Shown here: positions 54,572 to 64,000 of the stretch, piece by piece
Position numbering within the stretch: position 1 is the first letter of the stretch
Layout: each line of letters begins with the position of its first letter
Assembly: GCA_001687465.1 (NCBI GenBank)
Contig: LVLI01000249.1
Location: 1-64,000, forward strand
From: Halocafeteria seosinensis
Taxonomy: Eukaryota
Length of the DNA: 64,000 bases
Direction: 5' to 3'
Made by a program: the position numbers and the translations under genes
The notes under the pieces: generated by a model
Told to the model about the DNA's origin: nothing
The model's database searches: none
Seen by the model: the letters and a program-made list of their open reading frames with translations, nothing else

Positions 54572-57440
54572 CTACAAGTGAACGGGCCGTAGAATCTGTC
54601 CGAGATGATCATTAGAATTGAGTAATGATCATTGCGGTAGATGATGCGAGTAAAATGGTACATACCTTGCGTACTGTATTACATGCGATGTGATGTAGTA
54701 GGTACCGAGCATCTTCAGCACACGCTTTTTCTACTTCCGCAGCCCGCAGGGGTTTCAACGTAGAGACAGACTCGGGTATACCACTGCAGATATTATGACA
54801 ACAGTGCCAGTTGGGTGCGTAACATGTTGGCATAAATTTAGTATTTGCGACACTCACTGGCAAAGGATGTCTTGGGGATCGATGTTTTTCACTCCCAAGG
54901 TTTGGATCGTTAGCTCTTGCATTAGTTCTGCGAGACATACCACAGAGTAAAAGTTATTCCTGTTCCTGTTTAGCAGGAACGCGTGACCCAAAGCTTACGA
55001 GTTATACCGTTTGAATCATATGCCACACGTCTCTTTGTATCGTGTACGATAGACACGGAAGAGATCATGTCTCCGTGGTGTACCTGCATGAACAAGCTCT
55101 TGAGTCGAGAGAATCGATACTTCAAAACGCAAGCCAACCAACCTTGTTGACATTTTGATTGTGTATCCAGCGTTCCCTGAGGCAGCTACCAAATTCTCTG
55201 GATGAGCATGCAATAGAAGCAGATGTTACTAGAGGTCCTGGAACAAGAAGCTCTGTCCAATCAAACCGGGTGGTGTTAAAATGATGGTCGTTTACCAACC
55301 GCATCAAAGAAGACAACTCGAATGTTTCAGAGCTTCCGATGGTTTTGACGAGCCCATGAACAAAGACATCCCCTAGTGCGGCAGACTGTACATCCGATTC
55401 TTCCAATGCCCCAACGTTTGCCAGTGCCTTCGAGGCTTCGCCTAGTCCAGCTCCATAAGGACCTCGATGGTGATGAGCTTGGGAATGAAACCCTTGCGCC
55501 ATTTTCTGCTCTGCTTGATTTGTCATCCGGTCAGAGTGGGAGCGGATTGGAACCGATGCGGGAGACCCCGCTGCAGGCGTGTTATCAAGTGATTCTCCAA
55601 GTGACGAGTCCAAGTCAAAATGAGTGGGATACTCAGATGTAAGGTTCATGTGGTCTATGCGCACATCTTTCGGAGCAAACATGGTTCGTTTCGTTAACGA
55701 AAACACCACATTATTCTCCGACAGTAGACGATGCACAGTATCAGTTATCACATGTCCCGAATTGGTCCTCGTGATATCAACAATTTCCATTGTACTACTA
55801 AGAGTTTCGTTCACACAAACTGAACGATGTTGTTGTACGTCGAAGAACCCTAGGTGAACTCTTGCGTGAAGTGAAAGCTTTGGAATGGCCACACTAACGC
55901 TTAGGCACATGAGAAGAGGAAAAGGAATCGTCATATCAGGCAGATTTGCTTTCTCCGCGGCTACCTTGTTCGTTTCAAATCCTGTCGGGCCGAAAAAAGC
56001 TGAGAACCATTTGTCGAGCCATCCTTGCGTAACTGTTAAAGACTGAGATGCCATCACAGACTTTCCTGCTTGGCACAATGATCGAGCAATTGGTACAGTA
56101 CGCCTCGTTCATATTCCAGCTCAGCAACTTGCTACGTACCAGGGTAGGCATACTTCAGACTCAAGCCCTGATAGAGGGCATGCAATTTGCCGAAAAGCAA
56201 ATTCCTCGACGACGTCTCGTTTGTTTGCTCAACAACCTCTTCTTTCGCACGAAGGGTGTGCCTAGCCATATCGTGGTGAGGTGGGCCAAAGTATGCTTTT
56301 TCGTGCTGTGGGCTCGACTGAAGTACTCCTCGAGAGACGCCTTTGTCAAGGCTTTGTACTATTTGAGATGCCCATTCCTCGTCCATTCTTGTCGGCCTCA
56401 TTGCACAGGCTGACAATTCAGCTTGGCGTGGAGTCAAACAGAACGTTCCTGAAAAGCCCACTTCTTTGGCTTCCCTGTTGAAGACGCCAGTATCGTTTCG
56501 CAAGAACATATAAGCACTAGCAACGGCATATCACCAGCACTAATTCAAGACTTACATTGTTTCCTGGAGAAATCTCGAGTAGCTCCATACAGAAACTGTA
56601 GGGGTGTTGATGGCGCCTACATTTGCACTCTTCGCTGCAAGAGCAACCTGTGGTCGGTAGGTGCGCCGAAATTGCTCTGTGTCTTTACACGCCATATCCG
56701 CCGCCAGATCGGCCGATCCAAAAATGAGCGACGCTATTCTGGTGCTCGCATGCGCAATTTCCTGAAGGTTCAGTATTCCCGAGGCCGTTTCAATAATCGG
56801 TGCTATTCGGAAGTGTTCAGAAGGCAGATTGTTTGTGTCTTCCAGTTTTGTGAGCATTTCATCGAAACGGTAAATATCGTCCGCACTACGGGACTTGGGG
56901 AAGATAAATCCTTTGACCGCATCAGAAGCGCAGGCCTCCAAGTCGTCCTCCAGGAGACGTATATCTTCCAAACTATTGACACGGACAAAGACTCGCCGAA
57001 AACCGGGTGGGATTTTCTCTATCGACTGACCGTCACTCTTAGCTTTCAGTGTTTCACTCTTGAGATCGGAAAGTACCATGTTGATACCCTCTCTCATTTT
57101 TGACTTGTCCTCGAGCGGGACACTATCTTCCAGGTCAAACCAGGCCACTGCTTGTTCACGTCGAAGCATTGCCAGTCATTGATTCGTATTCCCAAATATT
57201 TCTGCTATAGTGGATGAACTTACCCGAAGGGTTGGCAGCTAAAGCAGGGGCCTCTATCAACGGCTGGTATTGAGGAAGTCGAATTGCGAGCCAAGAAGCG
57301 GCGTACCTCGGAAACGTGGACGACGTTGAATACCAACGCTGCAACTTGCCAGTTCTCATTACTCTCCCTGCCATGGGTAAAGTCACATGACTGATTTCCA
57401 TAAATTCTTTGGGTGCCTTTGATACTCGAACGACATTCAT
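54572..57440 (-). CDS. CitE/malyl-CoA-lyase-like TIM barrel fused to double hot-dog (MaoC/mesaconyl-CoA hydratase-like) domains, probable mitochondrial presequence; ~8 exons
   Basis: FDLEDSVP, FVRVNS, FPKSRSADDI, IIETASGILNLQEIA, LIFGSADLAADM and EAKEVGFSG...PRQ (CitE family); then HLGFFDVQQHRSVCVNETLSS and HHFNTTRF...LLVPGPLVTS (hot-dog); in-phase introns 57223-57148, 56555-56475 and 56139-56066 link the domains; stop TAG at 54572. Confidence 0.75.
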
Positions 57441-58277
57441 TTTCTCAACCGACTAGTAGCTCGCACCAAACACGCGACAACGGATTCTCTGTATGCTCGC
57501 AACAACGTGCTAACGGAAAGCAAGAAAGCAGCTTTTAGCGATAAATGCTTAACATATACACAACAAACCTGTGGAATGTTCGTCTATTTTTTTCTAAGGC
57601 CGCTTCCTGCCCTCGACCTCTCATCGGCAGCCGGCTGTGACGCTGTAACCGCCGTGAACAAGTAACCTCCATCATGTGAGGCAAGTCGCTCCGCGCTGTC
57701 CTCGAGACCGAGGCAAACATCAAGCAGGGAAAACTGAAGACATGTTCAAACCTGAAAACATGTCCAGTTTCCCATACTGTATCTCTATGCGTCATTCCCC
57801 ATGCGGGGAACCAGCCTTACAGCTCGCGGACCCCAAAGATACGCCCGGGAGTGACATGCCCGCGGAGGATACATGCCTCACGCCGCAGTTCGAGCTTGTG
57901 CTATATGCTAGATGACTAGTTTTAGAGTGATTTATCGTACTGCAAACTCTTCAGGAAAACACAAATCTCAGTCGGGTGGAAGAAAAACAAATGCGGATGA
58001 AAAATTAAAGCGAATCACAAAAGTACCCCTTCTCAACCGAAACTAGTTTAGATTCGAAGAACAGCATCTACCTAGCTCGCAAATTTGTTGATTCTTTGCA
58101 TGCTGCTCAAGAGACAGAACTATTTACCCGACGATAGCATTTTCGAAAACTTATTCACCGAGCTACATGCGACATTCCTGTCTCGCCGCCTTCTCTCCTG
58201 CACAAGCTTTGAAGTCGAAGACTGGTGTTACCACTGTGAGCATTTAAGGCCTTTGTCGATAGCGAAGACACGGCGAA

Positions 58278-61087
58278 ATGGCTCCCACACAGCAGTCTAA
58301 GAATGTATTAGGGACAGCTCTTGTCCTCTCCGTCGTGGTCCCATTTCTCATTGGAGCCCTCGGGCTGTTCACGCCAACTTTGTTCTCTGAGAAGGAGGAG
58401 GATGAGATGAGAGCTTTTCGAAACCTTGATGAAGCACGAGAGCACTCTCGTCTTCGAGTAGCCATCACCTCGATGGAGGGTATAATGTCTTTCTTTTCAA
58501 GTCTTTTGGTTGTCGTTATGTGCGTGAGGAAGAGCCTGACACTTCGTATGCCCGTCAGTAACGTATTTGTCATTAATATTGCTGCAGCTGATTGCATCAG
58601 CTCTTTGGCTTTTGGTATGTCTGCTTTGATACCGCGAGAGTTTGATCCTTCATCGAATGCTTCACCAGCCGAAGATGGTAGTGCGTGCCGAACTCAAGCG
58701 CTAATGATTCAATTGTTTCTCTTAGCTACATTCATATGGACTGGATGCTTTGCTCATTTCATGTATCGAACCCTTAAAGCCAGTCTCACAAATGAAGGGG
58801 AAGTATCCAAATCCCCGCGAAGACTACTCTGGATGTACGGAACTATCTCCTGGGGAACGGCGATAATTGTTGGAATGGCGTGCAGCGCCGCAGGTGTATA
58901 CGGACCAACAGAGGGCCAGGCGTGGTGTTGGATACCCGCCAAATATAGCGTTACACGTGTAATGGTTTTCTATGTTCCACTTCCTCTTGCCATTTTCTTC
59001 AGCGTGGCCGCCGTTGTTTCAGCGTATTGGAAAACTCGAAGAAATGCAAGCGAGAGCGGTCGAAGAAGAGTTTCCAATACTGAATCCCGTGCCCTAACCG
59101 AGACTTCAGCGACTCACAGCCGTGCTGATTCCCTCGATGCTACGTTGCCAACTGGTGACGCAGATATGGTGGCGATGGAAATATGCCCTTTTGTCCTAGT
59201 ATTTGTGATTGCGTGGTTGTGTGCGGCCATCAACAGGTACAATACCATGGCAACCGGCACAAGCAATTCTTTTCTGACTGTGCTTGAAAGCTTCACCTCT
59301 CCTTTGCACGGTGTCTTAAATGCCGCCGTCTTCCTGATGTTGGTCAGAGACATGAGGCCAAATGCATCAAGAGAGACTAACGAGGAAAAGGATGCAGTGG
59401 AACTTCCGTCCCGCCATGGCACGTCATCATTGGCTAGCCGACCCTCTAGCGACACGCAAACTGTTATCTCATGGGGTGAGCCCAAAAGTAGGGAAAATTC
59501 GTTCGACTTTCGATCTTCATACGCTGCTCAGAACAAGCAACTCTCATTAGACGCGGCGGAAGTAGAATCTAAACATGCTCTCTATGATTCAGCAGATGAA
59601 GACCAAGGTAGGCAAACGGAGTTTCAAGGTACAGAAGCCAGCACCGAGCAGCAATACCCTTGGGAATCTCGATGCCCTTCAAAAATGAATTCCATGTTTG
59701 AAACGTGTTGCCAGAAATTGAGTGTCGTCATTGTCGCCATTTGTTTGGTGTACCTCACCCTCGCTAGAGGCTTGCTGCCGCTGATCGAAGAAGAAGTAGA
59801 ACAGGATGTGAGCATGTTTGCGATGACGTTTATCAGGTCCTACGTAGGGGCGATAACGTGCGCTACGATAATTTTGTATCAAAAATCCAGAAAGCAAGAA
59901 GGTGCCACTGGCTGCCTTCAAACCCTGACGAAAACATTATCGTCTTTGAATATGGCGGAAATGACGTTGGACTTCCTGGGAAGAATGGCGGTGTTTTCAA
60001 TACTCCAAAGCCAGACCCCAGTGCTTATGATAGCATTTGCAGATGAATTTGTTGCGTCTTCCCTGATTAGTGTGCTGATAAGTTTGAATCCAATCCTTAC
60101 AATGATCTTGAAGTTTTTCCTCTTGCCAAATCCCAAAACGGGAGATGCTGGATCAGAGGGCCCTCAAAGAAGAACAAAGAGAGCTGAAACGATCACCCTA
60201 GAAAATTTGCAACACAACAGAATGATCATTTATGCCCGCTTCTTTGGTTTCGCGGTTGCCGTAGGTGGAGTTGTTCTCATTGCTCTACCCGACATAACGA
60301 GCTCTAAAGGATCGACTGTGGACATTGCCAGTGGTATGGCAATTGCTATTTTAACATCCCTACTGTGGAGCGTGGCTGCTATCTTCAACAAGTTATGCTG
60401 TTGCGACACATCTCCAATTTCGAAGGCGTTCTTTAGCAATATCATTGGGGGGTTGTTTTCGCTGGTCGCTGGTGGACTTATGGACGTTCAAGACTTAGTG
60501 CCATTCACCGTGCATCTTACGGGGAGTGCCATAGGCTATCTCCTTTTCTTAGGTGTTTTTACGTCAGCACTGAGCATGAATGCCATGCTGTTCTTGTATG
60601 AGAGAGTGGGGTAAGTTTGCTGTGAGAACATTCCATGGTTAGACACTCCATTTGTACGACAACTGTTATGCTGCAGTGAAGAAAACGCCCAAACCGTTTG
60701 GTATTTTATTCCCATGGTGTCGTTGGTGGAGTCAATTGTAGAGGGGCTGTGGACAACTATTTCGACCGGTCTTATTGTTGCACAGCTTTCAGGTTAGCAT
60801 TTTGTACTCAAGGGTTGCTTGGGCGTAAGGGGATTTACCATCCCATTCCTGTGTGTGTCAATGCAGGTATAGTATGCGTACTAGTTGGTATGGCACTGGC
60901 ATATAAACTAAAAAACATGGTTGCGTGTTACTATGGGAAAAAGCAACAGAACAGACATTCCGATTTCAGAGCAAGGGACGACTCTCTGAGAAGCACGTCT
61001 GCACATTCAACTCAAACAGAAAACCCACTGAGTAGACTGAGTAGTGGTAACGAAGGAACTAGTACATTTACTCGTTCGAACAGCTGA
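58278..61087 (+). CDS. GPCR-DMT fusion paralog B; exons 58278-60610, 60677-60792, 60867-61087 (889 aa)
   Basis: NIAAADCISS, ACRTQA...ATFIWTGCFAH, YGTISWG, WCWIP, FYVPLP, FVLVFVIAWL and PLHGVLNAAVF; Ser-rich linker; EamA-like FIRSYVGA, SLNPILTMIL, GFAVAVGGVVLI, GMAIAILTSLLWS, LFLYERVG and WYFIPMVSL; same two intron positions as paralog A. Confidence 0.85.
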
Positions 61088-61842
61088 AAAGGCAAGGAAA
61101 AGGGTAAGCGCAACTCATTTAAAACCGGCATACCCTGAAATATGCCGGGAGCGAACAATAAGTTAGTGACTGTAACCTTAACCTGTAGTCACCCTGCTTA
61201 TCAACCGAAATATTCCCCTATGGTGGCTACACTGCCAGTTATGGATAGTAAGAGTGAAGAATTTCTAATTCTACGACTGACCAAGGAAACCATTTGCTTC
61301 GGTTCTTCGCTTACTGTACTGCATACATCGACCTCATCTGCTTATAAGGCAACTTGCGTCAGAGAATACGGTTCAAACACCAGCGCCATGCATGGCGCTG
61401 TGATTACGCTTTGACTCTCCATACCATTCAACAAGCAGTGTACAGCTTGCTTTCCGTAGTAGCGATTTTCGCTTGTTGCTTGCCTCACCACTGAATTCGG
61501 TCCGCAGCGGTGATGCAGCATGACATCAGGCGGATGTCCATGAATATCCGGCTCCGAAGAACACGTAGGGGTACACGTTTGTATATTTCGTCATGTGCAG
61601 GGTGCCAAAGTACAAATCGTTCCTGAGCCCCAAATCAATGATTGGTTCGCTGCACCAACTAGTCATACTGTAATATATATATATATGGCCTGCTCTAACC
61701 CACGATGAATATAAACGACTAGACTACCCTTCAAGGAATTCGTTCACTTTCAAATGATACCAGGATATTCTGTAATTCGCATGTGTCCTCGATCGACTCT
61801 ACCGGTACTGATCATAACCAACTACCCTGACCGTGGTGCGGA

Positions 61843-64000
61843 CTACGTTGACCTTTCCCCCGCCACAGTCTGGTCCGGCTGCTGTTGCGATTGTTGCTGC
61901 ACACGCATGCCGCGTGAAGTATTACGCTCCTCTTCCTGTTGAGCGGCAAAGTAATTGAAAACCTGCTCAAGGGAGGTTTGGGAAAGAGCATACTCCTGGA
62001 TGCTCAAGAAAGACTTTGCACTCTCCAAATGACCAAACATCTCTCCAAGTCTCATAGTTTGAGGAGGAATCTTGAAACTCAGGAGACTAGATTGTCTTTC
62101 GATGAGCTCAGCCCCTTGGAATGTTTCCTGTACATAGTTTAGAGCCGCTTTGATTTGCTGTTCTTCAGTCCACCATTCAGTAAATTCCGCAACGGTGACG
62201 GCTTCATCAGAGCCACTGATATTGGCATGGATCATCCAACCATTCCCGTCAGGACGAATTTCATTCATCATGTGAGGATCTCCAAGTTGTTGACAAACCC
62301 TAGGAAGCGAGGCTTTCCCTACCTTCAAAGAACCAATGTTTTCGTTAGTCGTAGTCGGCGAAAGCTGGCTAGCAAGCGCTCGCTCAACATCATGTATGGC
62401 AGCTTCCTTCGGCCGGCCAAGTTTCAGCCGCATTTGATATCCTTGAGCGTGAGTATTCTTGATGTGTTGAATGGAACCAAGGCAGCGCATTCTCCCGCCG
62501 ACCATGATACCCACACGAGTGGCTAAGGCTTCGCATTCTTCCATCGAATGGGTAGTCAAGATTATTGACGCCTCCCGTCGTCGAGTAGATATGTCGGCAA
62601 TTATGTCCCACATCACACGACGAGTGACGGGGTCCATTCCCGTGGACGGTTCATCCATGAAGAGCAGTGGTGGATTCCCCACTAACGCGATGGCAACAGA
62701 AAGTTTCCGCTTGTTCCCACCAGAAAGAGAACCCGCACGTTTGTTTTCAAATTCTCCAAGACTCATCTGCCGAATCTTTTCCTTCACCACCGATTCAATT
62801 CTGTCGTTATCAATACCCTGTGAGTGTGCTCAATATAAATACCACCGTCAGCCGACAATTAACGCAGCGAAGCAGCTTGTCAAGCAATGACCCGTACCTT
62901 GATCTTGGCGAATAACTCCAGATGCTCTCGCACGGTAAGTAGTTCTAACAAAGCTTCAAACTGGGGGCAGTAACCGAGAAGTGTTCGTAACTGGTTTTGA
63001 TCTGATACAATGTCGTAGCCGGCCAAGCGTGCATGACCAGACGTAGGCAATATATCTCCGGTGAGCATTTTCTGCATAGTCATCGTGAGGTGAGCAAGAT
63101 TCAGCTATACCGGTAGTTATTTTACTTACCAATGTCGATGTCTTGCCCGCACCATTAATACCCAAGAAACCAAAAACTTCTCCGGCTGGCACTCCAAAGC
63201 TGATGTCCCGGACTGCTACTTTGCCTCCAGAATAGATCTTTCTTAAATGTTGCAATAGTATTACATCGTCAGAAGCAGAATACAGTGATCCCTGTTCATC
63301 GCAGCGTTCCGATTCTCGCTTGACATCGGGGTCAATTTCATGCTCATCCAGTGGTCTTTCGTTAGAGGGCTTTGGAGTAGGTTGTAACTTCGCCAACCAA
63401 TCGGGACGCGCGAGGACATAATCTATAGCAACTGCCAATCCAAAATAGACAACACTCAACACTGCCATATATACAATGTTATCTAGCGTAGCTTCTGAGT
63501 TCAGTGCACTGAGCGGTCCTGGTACGTCGAAGGCCCCGCTATCGCCTCCACTGTCGTCTTGAGCGGAGGCGTCGTCTTCGCATTGATTCAGAATACGTAG
63601 CACTGAGAGAAACGACAGGTCAACTAATCCCATTCCCAAGGCATATCCCGGCAGGAACAAATAAATGTACCGAAGGGCTTCATCAGCCTCGCAAGTAGAG
63701 GATACTTGCGCCATAATAAAGGAGGCCAGAACCAAGATCATTGAGATCATGTTCACGAAAAGGACAAAGTTCTGAGCCGCACTGTACTTCTTAAAGAAGA
63801 ATGAAATGCAGTATGTAAACCCGGATACGGAACTTCCATAAAAAAGGAATAATAAAAAGAGAGCTGCAAGTCGCGATTGGTCCTGAGAAACGAATTCCCG
63901 TACATCGAATGCTGCAATCATTGCTATGCTTCCAAACATTGGAAGCATATAAGAGGAAAAGTCCCACACAAACGTCGAAATCCAATATGCCCAAATCGAA
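61843..64000 (-). CDS. ABCA-subfamily ABC transporter, 3' part (second TMD and NBD); runs off the window
   Basis: GEVFGFLGINGAGKTST, GYCPQFEALLELLTVREHL, LSGGNKRKLSVAIAL, MDEPSTGMDP, ILTTHSMEECEAL and YALSQTSLEQVF. Confidence 0.95.

Overview
Gene-dense nuclear DNA of a flagellated eukaryotic microbe. It uses the standard code with short (~55-80 nt) GT-AG introns; a stramenopile-like protist is my inference, not proven. In order: decayed fragments and a tandemly duplicated 5' region preceding an intronless DDX60-like Ski2 helicase; an inner-arm axonemal dynein heavy chain (DNAH6-like); MCM6; ribokinase; a hypothetical protein; an HSF-type transcription factor; a degenerate LRR ORF; epsilon-tubulin; REI1/ZNF622; a hypothetical ORF; then a ~15 kb block, followed by the 3' part of an ABCA transporter. 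The block is bracketed by two divergently oriented paralogs that each fuse a cAMP-receptor/GCR1-like 7TM GPCR to an EamA/DMT-type transporter. They enclose a TPR-CaaX protein, an OAC1/SLC25A34-35-like mitochondrial carrier and a CitE/Mcl lyase fused to a double hot-dog hydratase. The GPCR-DMT fusion pair is the strongest candidate for an undescribed system. Other notable signals: an apparent internal duplication of the helicase RecA2 domain, many Tc1/mariner-type footprint motifs (TACAGTA/TACTGTA) in non-coding DNA, CDE/CHR-like motifs at the MCM6 promoter and an isolated telomerase-template-like 13-mer. All family assignments come from motif recognition by eye; no database searches were run.
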